A stretch of 64,000 nucleotides of DNA from Eledone cirrhosa (Eukaryota), in NCBI GenBank assembly GCA_964016885.1, contig OZ024740.1, forward strand, positions 87,730,001 to 87,794,000. The letters run 5' to 3'. Both the position numbers and the translations under genes were made by a program. Position 1 is the stretch's first letter. Each line of letters starts with the position of its first letter. Positions 1 through 12,309 of this stretch are shown in pieces. The notes below the pieces were generated by a model. That model saw only the letters and a program-made list of their open reading frames with translations. It was not told the DNA's origin and did not search any database.

Positions 1-156
1 AGATGCAAGTGTATCTCTGACCATATTATACAATTTGTACTTTATTTTTTATACATTGCAATTAAACTAGACTGAACTGTTATATTCAGCATGTAGAGCA
101 ACCGCCTTAATGCTCTACCGTTGCCTCACATCTAATTCTCCTTTTCCACAAATATA

Positions 157-240
157 TGAGGGTCGACTGAAAAGTTCATAAGCTGTCTATGAAGAAGTGA
201 TACTAGAGGTATGAAATATTACATGCATAAATATCAGCCC

Positions 241-273
<33 letters not shown>

Positions 274-418
274 GTTTAACGTCTATCTTCCACGGTAGTA
301 TGGGTTTTAATAACCGCATTCTTTCTTTCTTTCCAGGGACTATGTTGAAAAATAAGCCTCATTTAGTTATTCCTTGAGAGTATTTTGGTTAGCCTATGAA
401 CTTTTCATTCGACCCTCA
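157..418. mobile_element. Tc1/mariner-type MITE (copy 1)
   Basis: Terminal inverted repeats TGAGGGTCGACTGAAAAGTTCATA / TATGAACTTTTCATTCGACCCTCA flanked by TA on both sides. Interrupted by a (CAT)n retroposon tail at ~241-306. A second copy lies at 61633-61845. Confidence 0.8.
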
Positions 419-504
419 TATATTTGTCTATATTTAATGTCCTTTCTATTATTTTGCTATAGATGAAACCTGTATATTTACATGTATTTCTTTTTTTCCC
501 GCAG

Positions 505-623
505 ACATAACCGGAATCAATCCATTTACGTCGATGCCACCAGCTCTATCGAAACCAAAGATATCGATCCATTCCAGACGATATAGCCAGCCTGCCAGAG
601 TACCCATCAAATCCCTACACTGA
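505..623 (+). CDS. Candidate terminal coding exon of an unidentified host gene
   Basis: Polypyrimidine tract and CAG acceptor (tttctttttttcccgcag, ending at 504), then non-repetitive sequence open as ITGINPFTSMPPALSKPKISIHSRRYSQPARVPIKSLH-stop. No homology recognised. Confidence 0.35.
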
Positions 624-828
624 TCCCATCACCTACAGAGTACAGACACACACTCATATATCACTATCATCATCCTCTTCATCGTCATAATCATCACCAT
701 TTTACATCTGTTTTTTTATGGTAGTATGGGTTGGACGGGCTGTCAGTGTGACCACACCTTGCTCATCGTTTCATTCTAATATGGTTATTACGGCTGAGAA
801 AAAGCACGTGTGTGTGCTTATGTATTTC

Positions 829-861
<33 letters not shown>

Positions 862-888
862 ATTTATATGTATATATATGTATATACA

Positions 889-926
<38 letters not shown>

Positions 927-927
927 G

Positions 928-1044
928 ACGTCCAGAGATCAGCCGTCGGGGTCCTGACTCTTTTCCTATTATCCACTCTACAACCCTAAGTATCGAGTAT
1001 TCTGATGCATTATGGTCCACCTGGTATCTTACCACACCTTCTTT

Positions 1045-1138
<94 letters not shown>

Positions 1139-1270
1139 TAACAAAGAATGTGTGGTAAGATACCAGGTGGACCATAATGCATCAGAATACTCGATACTTA
1201 GGGTAGTAGAGTGGATAATAGGAAAAGAGTCAGGACCCCGACGGCTGATCTCTGGACGTTTCGACAGCTA
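928..1270. mobile_element. Penelope-like terminal-repeat family P1, tail-to-tail palindrome
   Basis: Two ~120-bp near-identical arms inverted around a (CT)n(TA)n(AG)n centre. The same family occurs at 3490-3580, 12601-13025 and 54893-55035. Confidence 0.7.
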
Positions 1271-2149
1271 GATCCGACAAATATAGGAATAAACTAATAC
1301 AACAAACCTAAACTTCCCAAGAAACAACACACAAAATACAATTATCTGATTACAAAACAACGTATACATATTTAAAAAAAACAAAGGTTTACGACAACAA
1401 AACTCATCCACAAAAAATACTAATATCCAATGAACAAAACATAGAATTACAGCAAACTTAAATAACCCAACACACACCATAAAAGTATAGATAATCAGTT
1501 ACAAAAAAGTAACGATTTATAAAAAAAAAAAAAAAAGAACCAAAAAACAACAAAAAAATAACGTCCACCCTCAAAATACTGGACGTCAAATCAAGAAAAC
1601 CCTGTAAGTCATAAGGTTAACCTTTAATTATAATTTAAGGGTTAACCTTAAATCGATGTCAGAAAGCAATACTACTTCTCCCTCACCCCACTCCGGTAAA
1701 TACGATAACTTAATAAAATTAAAATTTCGTTCCTGTATTAAATTGCTGTTACCAGATACATTAGTATTGTATACTATGAAGTGCAATAAATACTTAAACA
1801 TATTAAAAAACCAGACTAATAAACACACAATCATCACACTCAATAGATATTACCCATATAATGCCATACAAAACTAATTCAATAAACCTACTATCCATAA
1901 AGTAAATGAGAAATTAATATTTAAAATTAACCAAAACCTAAATTGATCATTCCATAAATTAGTAAAGAAAGCAAATTAAACCAAAAAGTGATGATGTTAT
2001 TATTATTCATAATCACCATCCATCATAAAAATCAACCAAAACATTGCTTAAAATCACGATATTTAACGAAAAAATTGTAAATTAGACTTTTACAATTAAA
2101 ATTGCAAATTATAAATTGTACACAAATAGAACTTAAATTATTATTAAAA

Positions 2150-2315
2150 ATTAATTGGCGATATCGGTATTGTCGGACACCCTGCTTCGCGGCAGAGAGC
2201 TGCGGCCGTTTACGCTCTAAGTTCAAATTGCGCCGAGGTTGCTTTGCCTTTCATCCTTACGGGATCGATAAAATAAAGTTCTTTCCCCTCCCCCAAATCC
2301 TTGGCCTTGTGCATA
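2150..2315 (+). mobile_element. tRNA-derived SINE family S1 (degenerate copy)
   Basis: GTTCAAAT B-box-like motif followed by the family core GCCGAGGTT...TTTGCCTTTCATCCTTACGGGATCGATAAAAT. Confidence 0.75.
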
Positions 2316-3489
2316 GGCACATTACAACATACACCCTAGGTCATTATAATATGCACACACTATTATGCATCCACACTACCATATACATTCCCAGGTCTAC
2401 ACAGCACATACGCACACAACTCCATAGCACCCAGAAATAAACACAGAATTAGCACTTACGCGCAACGGTACACAATCTTCACTAGTAAACCCTACTAGTA
2501 CCCAGAATTATACACAGAACCAGCTCTCATTGAAGCGCTTGAGCAGACTGTGTCACACCAAAACACACATACCATTATTTGACAAAACAAAATTAATAGC
2601 ACATGAAACTAGAGCATAAACAGCACATCTTGCACCTATCCAAGCTGCACATCCCACCCGTCAGCCACATACTCCTAAATAGATACCACTACAACATTTG
2701 TTACGATAGCGCATTAAAACGACAACACCCATCCTAGCACTCCATTACAGCAATATCAATACCTAATTGCACGTGGACAACCCCCACGACCCCCTTGGAA
2801 TACACATATGTACCCAGGACAAACATAGACCCATTACATTGTATAATAAATAGTAATGGCCCACTCCACCTATTCCACTATAAATACATGAAATATAATG
2901 ACTGCCACTAATTCCGTAGTACCAAGAAATGTGGATATTTTAAGTAAATCAAATCTATACTCCTAGCCATAATTTAAGTAAGTGATAAATTAGTTACTAG
3001 TAAATAAACTTAAACAACCAAAAAGCCACTAGCATTAATAGAACCGGCTGGTTGTTCCTTGTTTTTTCAGACAACTAACAAATAAGTCGTCACTTCGTTG
3101 ACAGATACATTTAAATTGGCAATCGGTGAATTTGGACAATTATTTGATTAGGACGATTTGCTGCTAGGTCTGACGCCAATTCTATAGTCTCGTTGTCTGA
3201 AGGTTTCGATAACCATGCCGTAGGGGGGGGGGGGGGGGGGGTTACACACACGCCCTAACATATTTTTCCGATAAATATAATTTCATTCCATCTCTACGAT
3301 TATTCTATCTCAAGTTGACCAGGCAGATACACATGGATGCGCACACAGGCGCACATATGAATATAAACACTCACTAAGCTAGATATCCACGCACACACAA
3401 CCACTCCCTAACTATAAAATAAATTACACTTATACAAAGATAATTTACAATTGGATAAGTAATGTGTACCCTTATTTGGACAAGCTACA

Positions 3490-3580
3490 CTCGTGATGAT
3501 ACAGCCAGTAAAACTTCGGCAATCAGTCTGGAACTAGCTGTTGAAACGGCAAGAGTTCGGCTATCGGGTCCCGACTCTTT
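3490..3580 (+). ncRNA. Degenerate hammerhead ribozyme in a P1-family fragment
   Basis: CTC-GTGATGA-TACAGCCAG...CTAGCTGT-TGAAAC-GGCAA-GAG. Core has C3G, with a long stem II. Downstream sequence matches the P1 family. Confidence 0.5.
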
Positions 3581-3599
3581 ATAATATATATATATATAT

Positions 3600-4052
3600 A
3601 TTATTACAAAATAACAGGAGGCATGTTCTGGTGTAAATCCTTGAAAGGTTTATTATACTATGATCATTTCAATGACCGTGTTCAGTATGAATCCGGTGAC
3701 ATCAACAGGTATTTCAAGATATGACGAAGGAATATAGCAGATAAAAATCCTTGGTGTTTAAATCAGAGACAAGAGGGCGGCCGGTATTTTAGCAGCATGT
3801 AGCTGCGTCGACCACCTTCAAGTCGCCCACTTGAGGGTGGTCGACGCAGCTACATGCTGCTAAAATACCGGCCGCCCTCTTGTCTCTGATTTAAACACCA
3901 AGGATTTTTATCTGCTATATTCCTTCGTCATATCTTGAATTACCTGATGATGTCACCGGATTCATACTGAACCCGGTCATTGAAATGATCATAGTATAAT
4001 AAACCTTTTAAGGATTTACACCAGAACATGCCTCCTGTTATTTTGTAATAAT
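3600..4052. mobile_element. Penelope-like fold-back palindrome (family P2), ~224-bp arms
   Basis: 3600-3823 is the near-perfect reverse complement of 3829-4052 with a 5-nt spacer (CGCCC). Flanked by (TA)n; the right arm continues to ~4190. Confidence 0.8.
3941..3996 (+). ncRNA. Minimal type I hammerhead ribozyme
   Basis: TAC-CTGATGA-stem II (ACCGG/CCGGT)-GAA-ATGATCAT (palindromic stem III)-A-GTA, followed by AATAAA at 3998-4003. Confidence 0.7.
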
Positions 4053-4602
4053 TAACTCCGTACTTGCACCACCAACTACACAAACGAAGACGGGTGGTTG
4101 CATTACGTTGAGTGCTTTCCATAACATTACATCGTGGCTGACCACACAGAATGACCAGTTCTATCCAGTGGTGAACCAACAAACCCAAATAAATAAATAA
4201 ATATATATATATATATATAAATATATATATATATAGTAATAATAATAAATTTGAAGACTAAAATCCAAAGAGGGCTCGATAAGGATAAATATATATCAAA
4301 TATATAAGAACCGTAGAGCAAATATTTATTAAAATAACAGATTAAAGTTTAAGCAAAGAGTCGCTGCTTTCACCCTTAACGGGATCTTCTGAAACTAAAA
4401 AGATCAATCTGTGAACGCAGAAGTAAATATTTCGAAAAACGTTGCAACCGAAGGAAGACAGGAAGACGATACTTTGGTTCGTGGAAACGTTCCCTGGCAA
4501 TGAACGAAAAAAAAACGTCATTATTTGGAGCGGTGGAAACAATTACACGCAAAGACAAAACCACGTTCATGGTATAAATGAAGTCGTAGACTAATATTCT
4601 AT

Positions 4603-4649
<47 letters not shown>

Positions 4650-4994
4650 AAAATGATTTTAAAATACGGTTTGAAATGCGTACTCGGTATATATATATAT
4701 AAAAGATCTTTATAACATGTACAAAAATTGTTAAAATGCCTGCAGGCTTATTCTCGACCAGTTTTAACGAAAAATCAATTTAACCTAATAACACATGTTT
4801 TGATAATCCAAAACAGAGAAAGCAGTCTTTGGTAACATTAATTTCTAACATCAAATTTCGTATATGTTATAAAGATCCTGTATATATATATACCAGGTGC
4901 GTTTATCAAACACTTTTTTTAAATCATTTTCTTTATATAACGTAATCTGTTTCGTACGTTTTCTAACATCCACACTTTTTTCACTATGTATATA

Positions 4995-5962
4995 TCTACT
5001 TATATATATAACCAGCAATTTCTCTGTCTGTCTGTCCGACAGTGGAAACACGTGCGTAGAGAGAGAGTGAGAGTGAAAGAAAGCGGGAGGGAGAGAGGGA
5101 GAGAGAGAGTGTGAATAGACGCTAAAACACGTGCTACAGAAATATTACCTTCCCCTTCCTTTCTCCACTTTGGTACTACCAAGAGAAACACTGTCGCTAT
5201 AGAAACATTACCTTCCCCTCTCCACTGACTTTGGTCACTGAGGCCGAGGGAATCGCTGGTTGCTATAGAGACACCTTGCACAAGCCAGAAGTAACCAGTT
5301 CGAGGCGGTTCTGACTTGACACCATGCGAAGAAGGTCGCCATTGAATTTGTGGTTTGAAGAAGGTTGCCATTGAATTTGTGGTTGTTGCTGCTGATAATA
5401 AGGACCATTTGAAGAAGGTTGCTGCTGATGAGGTAATTTATTAATCAGATTGCGCAGTCCCATAACCTACGTTTGATTTGTTCAATTTTTTTCTTCAATT
5501 TTTGTTGTTGCTTTTCTTTATTTCTTATTGAAAAAATATAAATAATAAAATAAGGTTAGAAATTTAAATACGATTTAATTTCCATTTCCAGCAGCCAATG
5601 TCCAGTGTTCAATTTCATGAAAAAATTGGAAATAATTAAAAAAATTGAAGTTTAACTTTTGAACATTTGTTTTGACAATAGAAAAATATTTCCTTATTCA
5701 CACCTAATGGTATGATTAAAATTTCATAGGAATATTTATTTCTAACCGTCAGTTATTTATTTTCTCCTTTTTCGTTTTAACATATATTTATTTCAAAGAT
5801 TTCACCGTATAGATAACATATATATTTATACATGCATAAAAGACACACCGAGAGACGGTGAACATGTGGTGCCGAAAACATTTCTCATCCAAATCTCAAC
5901 AATATCAGTATATACACTAGATTTGCTAGCAGAAAACCGCCCACCGGGTGGTTTTCTGCTAG
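4995..5962 (+). mobile_element. Non-autonomous Helitron-like element H1
   Basis: 5' TCTACTTATATATATA followed by (CTGT)n; 3' GC-rich hairpin ending in CTAG. Internal continuity is not certain. Confidence 0.5.
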
Positions 5963-6705
5963 TCTATATATCTAAAACAGAGAATGTCTGTCTGTCTGTC
6001 TGTCTGTTCGATCACTAAAACTTGAGAACCACCCAACCGATTGTTTTCAAACTTTACACATGTAATACATATGGTCCCGTGAGTGTTTTGAGCAAACAAA
6101 TTTCCCTTAGTCTTAGTCTTTCTCATTTTAGATAGATACATAGATATAACGTTGTGCCCTTATAATATCTGTCTGTATGCCTGGCTGTCTGCATTACGAC
6201 ATTATGACGTAGCATCGTGTGTGTGTGGGTGTGTATGTTTCAGAAGATCCCGTTAAGGGTTAAAGCAGCGAACTTTAATCTGTTATTTTTATATATATAC
6301 TGTATATATAATTATATATTCGTGTACAGATTTTTTGCATACACAATAACAAAATATAAACAAAAATATTTATTTCGCCTTAAAGTATTGATTTTCTTCG
6401 CACGGAAAAAAAACCCTGGTAATCTACGACAATTTTTTTTTATAAGCACAAAATGTAGACACCATCCCGAGGCCGAGGTCCTCGGTACTTCTCTGTACTG
6501 ATATATATTTATCCTTATCGAGCCTCGTGAAATAAATACGTTTTTTATATTTTGTTATTGTGTATGCAAAGATTTTTGTACACGAATACACAATAACAAA
6601 ATATAAAAAACGTATTTATTTCACGAGGCTCGATAAGGATAAATATATATCAAATATATAAGAACCCTAGAGCAAATCTCGAGCAACGCCGGGCCATTCT
6701 GCTAG
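5963..6705 (+). mobile_element. Non-autonomous Helitron-like element H2
   Basis: 5' TCTATATATCTAAAA, (CTGT)n and ACCGATTGTTTTCAAACTTTACAC; 3' hairpin CTCGAGCAACGCCGGG about 8 nt upstream of CTAG followed by T. Related pieces at ~4270-4395. Confidence 0.7.
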
Positions 6706-6724
6706 TATATATAATAGTTATTAT

Positions 6725-7140
6725 TGTGGATTGGCAGTATCGGTAGAGGGTCGGACGCCATGCTTTGACGCATAGAATTACGGCCCTTTCCATTCTGAGT
6801 TCAAATCCCGCCGAGGTCAACTTTGCCTTTCATCCTTACGGGGTCGATAAAATAAAGTACCAGTAATGTACTGGGTAATTGCTGGCCTTGTGCCAAAAGT
6901 AGAAACAATTATTATTATTAGTACAGATTAAAAGTTTAAGTAAAAAATCTTTGCTTTCACTCTGGATTATTATTATTAATACATATATATAAGAGTGTTG
7001 GCAGTATCGGTAGAACGTCGACAAAATGTTTTGAGGCATATAATTACAACCCTTTACGTTCTGAGTTCAAATCCCGCCGAGGTTAGCTTTGCCTTTTATC
7101 CTTACGGGGTCGATAAAATAAAGCACCAGTTTAGCACTGG
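6725..7140 (+). mobile_element. Two tandem SINE S1 copies
   Basis: A-box-like TGGCAGTATCGG, B-box-like GAGTTCAAATCCC, family core, and GGCCTTGTGCC...GAAAC(ATT)n tail on the first copy. Confidence 0.85.
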
Positions 7141-7242
7141 TTTATTTTAAACTTACCGTATTTCTTCTAAAATGCGAAATTCCAGTATATATATATATAA
7201 ACAATCTCTTCGGAATATATATATATATATATATATATATAT

Positions 7243-7900
7243 CTTTATATATATATAACTTTATATATATATAAAATTAAGTATGTGTGTGTGTGTGTCT
7301 ATGTATTACCTATAGGGGCTTACATCTTACGACCGATTTTCATGAAACTTTACAGGCTCATAGATTAGTCATCGGGGAGTGTTTTCTATATATCAGCGTA
7401 TCGTTTTTTTTTTTATTCCGGGGTCATTCTGCAGATAAAAATCGATAGGGGTGTCACCTTTTTTTAGGTATCGAAAAATAAGATTTTTGGCTCTCGCTCC
7501 CACATTTTGCCACCGATTTCGTTCAAATTTTAAAGCAAAATAGAATTTATCATTGCACATCTTGTAATGGGTTTATATTTTGCATTTGTTGTTCAGGGAC
7601 GGCGTGGCAGCCGCTTAAATATTCAAAAATACCACTTTTAGACTCAAATTTCCACTTTTTGGGCCCTTGCTCCCACATTAATCAACCTACTTTGTTCAGA
7701 TTTTACATTACGCTAGATCGTGATTATTTCACGTCTTAAAGTGGCTTTACATTTTGGATTTTTTGTTCAGGAACTGCGTGGCACCCGCTTAAATATTCGA
7801 AAATACCACCTTTTCGCTCAAATTTCCGCCTTTTCGGCTTTAGCTCCCTCATTTTTCAACCGATTTCGTTCAAATTCGAAACTCCCTCCCCCAGCATGCC
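7243..7900 (+). mobile_element. Helitron-like non-autonomous element H3 (3' end unclear)
   Basis: TC-TATA start, GT microsatellite and ACCGATTTTCATGAAACTTT motif resembling H2. Internal ~180-bp degenerate repeats. Confidence 0.45.
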
Positions 7901-8086
7901 CTTTCGCTGAAGATTGCGAAAGTATGAAAGTACTTGTTCAATTAACATTTAATATTCTATTATACTATTTCATTATAATATCATTATAATATCATTATAA
8001 TTTGAAAGGTAAATAAAACGAGTAAATCAGACAAAATTGGAATTCCTTTTATTAATATAATCTTCGATACACAATCATACACACCC

Positions 8087-8295
<209 letters not shown>

Positions 8296-8642
8296 CAAAT
8301 AAAGATTCAGCGAGAAACGCATTTCGGCGGGCAGGAAAAGCGAAGCGAAACGCAAAAATCAGAAATGATACTGGCAAAGTGGTCCATAGTTAAAAACCAG
8401 AGCTAAACAATGTGTTAAGAAGCCATACAAAACTGAAAAGGTGGTCAAGAAGGCAAAAACCAAATCAAGCTAAACCACCCAAGCCAAAAACCAAATCAAG
8501 CTAAACAGGTCAAAACAAAATAAATGATAACCATATATATATGTATATATATATGTGTGTATATATATAAATAACTGATGAGGGACTCATTTTATAACAT
8601 GTTATCCATGTGCAACCTGCAGTATTCTTCTCCCCATTTTTT

Positions 8643-8685
<43 letters not shown>

Positions 8686-8702
8686 ATGTGTGTGTGTGTG
8701 TA

Positions 8703-8757
<55 letters not shown>

Positions 8758-8784
8758 TATAGATAGATATATAATGCTTGCATG

Positions 8785-9065
8785 CAAGAGCCTTGTTTCA
8801 GGAGGGTACCAAGGGACAAGTCGCCGCTACTTTTTCAAACGTCTATGTTTTATTTTTTGTCTAATAAATTTTTTGATGTAATAAATTCTTTTTAAGCTTA
8901 TTTTTTTATAGCTGAATTATATTTGAATATATAAAATTTAGTGTAAAATTTTACTTATATGATAGGGTCCAGGAAAAGCACCATAATTAATACTAACATG
9001 CTCCTTTAAGAACCAACAAATGTTGGTTTGTCCCCCTCACAATTTTAAGGCAAACGAGGCCCCTG
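8785..9065. mobile_element. Non-autonomous hAT element
   Basis: Exact 8-bp TSD CTTGCATG (8777-8784 and 9066-9073). Imperfect 14-bp TIRs CAAGAGCCTTGTTT / AAACGAGGCCCCTG. Confidence 0.8.
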
Positions 9066-9232
9066 CTTGCATGTACACAACTGATCGCTTGAAGAAACGC
9101 GAAGAGATTCTTGGAGTAGCACAAGAATATACTTAGCTTCGAACAAACGAATAACATGTTTAGGCACACACACTATGTAGCTTGAATAAACGTAAATAAG
9201 CTGGAAACTGGGATAGAGACAGAACGATATGT

Positions 9233-9327
<95 letters not shown>

Positions 9328-9610
9328 ATTGTTCGTTCGGTTCTAAGAATGTTAGCAGCAGAAGAAGGTTTGGTTAAAACCGTGTACGAGGAGAAAATGT
9401 GAGGATAAGGACACTTTCCAAAGAACACTCTGTTTTTCTCTCATTCTTCGCAACTTTGGTAATCCAGAGGCACCAAACACTGCCTGTGTGTGCGTACGTG
9501 TGCACGTGTATGTGTATGTGTGTTTGTCTGTGCTTTTTCCTATGTGTGCGTAGTGGTGGTGCAACTTTGGATACTAATATATATAACAAGCCAGAGAAGA
9601 AGATTATTAG

Positions 9611-10880
9611 TGGTTGATCGACCTGTTAGAAATAGCAGCCAATTCGCCCTGAAATCACATGCTACCGCCTACGTAAAAGGGAATACACTTTAGATATTGT
9701 AGATGGTCAAGGCTGGAATGTCTTTGTTTATAGGTTTCCTCGATCAGAGGGAAACAATAACAATCCGCTTGTCGCTCAACATGCTAAAAATAGCAACCAA
9801 AATCTTCTTCAAACCTATTGCCATAATAAAAAGAAAGACACATCGGATAATGTACCCTTAGATACACAATAACCGAGAGAAGGGCAGGATGGTCAAGACT
9901 GCAGTACGCTTTGATGATAGGCTATACGAAGTCATGACTGACCTGGGGCTAAACTATACAAGTACAACAACCACTGCCACTCGCAAACCAGAGAACCTCT
10001 ACGAGATCGATTAACCTGCAAGACTAAAGAATCCTCAAATTACAAGGGAGCCTCTACATAGTCGCTCAAACTGCTAGGAACAGCAGCTAAATCTTTTTCA
10101 ACACATTGGGGAATGTAGTCCTAGACTCAAAATGTGTGGGGGTGGTCAATGGTAGGAAGCTATACTATAACAACAACCATCATCACTACTTGCAGATGAA
10201 TGAACAAGCGAATGACTACATAGTCGCTGCAACGACTAAAAATGATAACCATATTTCCCCCAAATTATACTTTATCCCTTTAAAATTCTGGATGTGCCCG
10301 GCTAGACGGTTTTTGTGATTTAGGGCTGAACTGGAACCAAGTTACCACACCAACAATAACAACAACGGGGGAATTGTTACGTGGTCGCTCAACCTGTCAG
10401 AAATAGTCGCAATTTCTCCCTCACACGATACAATACTGTCTTAGAAAAAGAAAAAGAAACATTTTGGATAATGTCGTCCTAGATAGACAATGCCTAAATA
10501 TGGTCAAGGCTGGAACACTTTTTAATGATAGACCTTGTTCAGTCACTACCGACCTAGAGCTAAACTACAATGCAACCACTAGCAGTCCACCTCCGCCACC
10601 ACCACCTGCGAACGGGGGAGACCCCACAAAATCACACAAATTCCACGCTTCCCTGTTCTTAAAAATGAAAAGAAAAATAGATGAGCACGACTACAGTGCC
10701 GGATTGACCTAATACCAAAAATAATATTTTCTACACGCCCCACATTTTCAGGGGCTTTGCGTGAAGTGTTTTATATTCGGACCTTTTTATAGTATTTGCT
10801 ACAACCTAATTCAACATTGTACGGCTAGAACGCTTTTTATCATAAATTTCGAGCTAAGTTCTAACTGTAACAATAACAAT
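9611..10880 (+). repeat. Head-to-tail cluster of ~6 diverged copies of a ~190-bp SINE-like repeat (family S3)
   Basis: Recurrent CTGCTAGAAATAGCAGCCAAAT motif and GACCTGGGGCTAAAC-(AAC)n-like end. Further copies at ~14300-14375, 14720-14940 (minus), 15400-15780 and 16110-16375. Confidence 0.7.
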
Positions 10881-11119
10881 TACTATCTCAACCAGCCAGC
10901 CTCACACAAGAAGCTATATGTAAACAGATTGTGAACATAACCAGTATTTTGCTGATATCTTTCATACCTGCCTGTTATTTTAGTCACGAAGATTTTCCAT
11001 CAGTCATTTAATGGTGGTGATTTTATTTATATATTTATCTATCGATTTGCATGTTATTAGTATGTTTGTTATTATTATTATTGTTATTTTTGTTGTTGTT
11101 ATTATAGATGTTCACGCAA

Positions 11120-11280
11120 AATTGACTGAATGGTTAAGTAGTGTGCTTCGCAATCATAAAGTCTCGGGTTCGATTCGTTAGTGTGGTATTTTGGGTAAGT
11201 GTCATTTTCTATAGTCGCGGATCAAACCGAGTCTTGTGAATGAAATTGGTTATATAGAGACTGTGTGGAATCCAGTTCAA
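11120..11280 (+). mobile_element. tRNA-derived CORE-like SINE (family S2)
   Basis: TGACTGAATGGTTAAG A box, GGTTCGATTC B box, then TTGGGTAAGTGTC CORE-like motif. Related copy at ~41785-41950. Confidence 0.6.
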
Positions 11281-11499
11281 TAAGATTAAAAAAAAAAATA
11301 CATGAACATTTATTTGAAAACATAAATAATGTACGAAATCTTTCAATGTCATGAAAAGCCATTTACATTATTGAGCAGTATCTTATAAAAACAAAGCAGT
11401 AAATAAAAGAACAGAAAGGGAAGAAAAATAAAATAAAATAAAAAGGAAAAAAAGAAAGAATGGTCAAGCAACAAAAGGAAGGGAGAGGGGGAGGGACAG

Positions 11500-11590
11500 T
11501 CACCACACCTCAGTCAGAATGGTAGTTCAGCCGCACCTCATGGACAAAGCGGCAAAAGCGTTACCGCGGAGAATGGCCAGATTGTACCTG
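11500..11590 (-). pseudogene. C-terminal fragment of a CRE-like RLE non-LTR retrotransposon
   Basis: Minus strand reads NLAILRGNAFAALSMRCG-stop, resembling the terminal A(I/V)QRGNA motif of CRE-clade proteins. A T-rich 3' UTR-like tract follows toward 11300. Confidence 0.35.
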
Positions 11591-11639
11591 TAATTACTCT
11601 TGAGAATTAAGTTAAGGGTATACGCAGTGGACCCTACAT

Positions 11640-12040
11640 GGGAATGGAGTGTCACAGAAGGAGGTGGAGAAATTCAAATATCTTGGGATCGTGTTCACGA
11701 GGGATAGAAGGAACGAGGCTGAATTAAGTGCTAGAATTGCAGGAGCTGGTGCAGTATTGCGCCAGCTTCAGCATTTGGTAATCAGAAGAAGGGAGGTAAG
11801 TGTAAAAGCCAAACTCGCTGTCTTCAATTCAGTATCCGTGCCAACCATTACCTATGGTCATGAATCTTGGATAATGACCGGAATAATACGATCGCGAATA
11901 ATAGCGGCCGAAATGAGATTCCGCCGAAGGGTTTCTGGATTAACGTTACACGATAGTGTGCGTAGCTCAGAGATCAGAGTGTCACTGCAGGTAGAGCCGC
12001 TACTTTTCCGAATTGAGAAATCACAACTCCGATTTCGAGT
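11640..12040 (+). pseudogene. RTE-clade LINE fragment (RT thumb / C-terminal region)
   Basis: EVEKFKYLG, PTITYGHESW and AAEMRFRRRVSG motifs typical of RTE (Expander/Rex3-like) ORFs. Confidence 0.85.
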
Positions 12041-12309
12041 AATGCTATCGCTTGATACTTAAGCATGAGCATGAAGTACGTGGCGTTTTAGTCCTGCCAG
12101 GGACTTTCCTGTGGCCAGCAATACCATGCATCGCAAAAAATGTCATATAAAGCGATGCTTGTGCTTGAAGCTTTTTTAAGTGAGGAAAGGCTTTGCACGC
12201 GGCCAATCCCACTCTCTGAACCCAAAAAGAAGAACTGGTTTGCGCCATTGGCCGCAAATGAGATTACTTAATGAAAACTGGGAGACTCTCGCTCCACAAA
12301 AAAAAAAAA

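Noticed and set aside
1270-3060. Strand-biased A/C-rich region suggesting a mitochondrial insertion or element ORF
   Set aside because: No recognisable mitochondrial gene, tRNA or transposon motif could be read; left unannotated.
6725-6812. tRNA gene-like A/B boxes
   Set aside because: SINE heads: no proper cloverleaf, and they continue into the SINE core and tail.
8410-8515. Lys-rich stretch resembling a histone H1 tail
   Set aside because: Short, contains stops, explained by a 27-bp tandem duplication in A-rich DNA; no globular domain.
8575-8600. CTGATGA hammerhead-like core (also at ~22254 and ~5425)
   Set aside because: No stem II followed by GAAA and no stem III.
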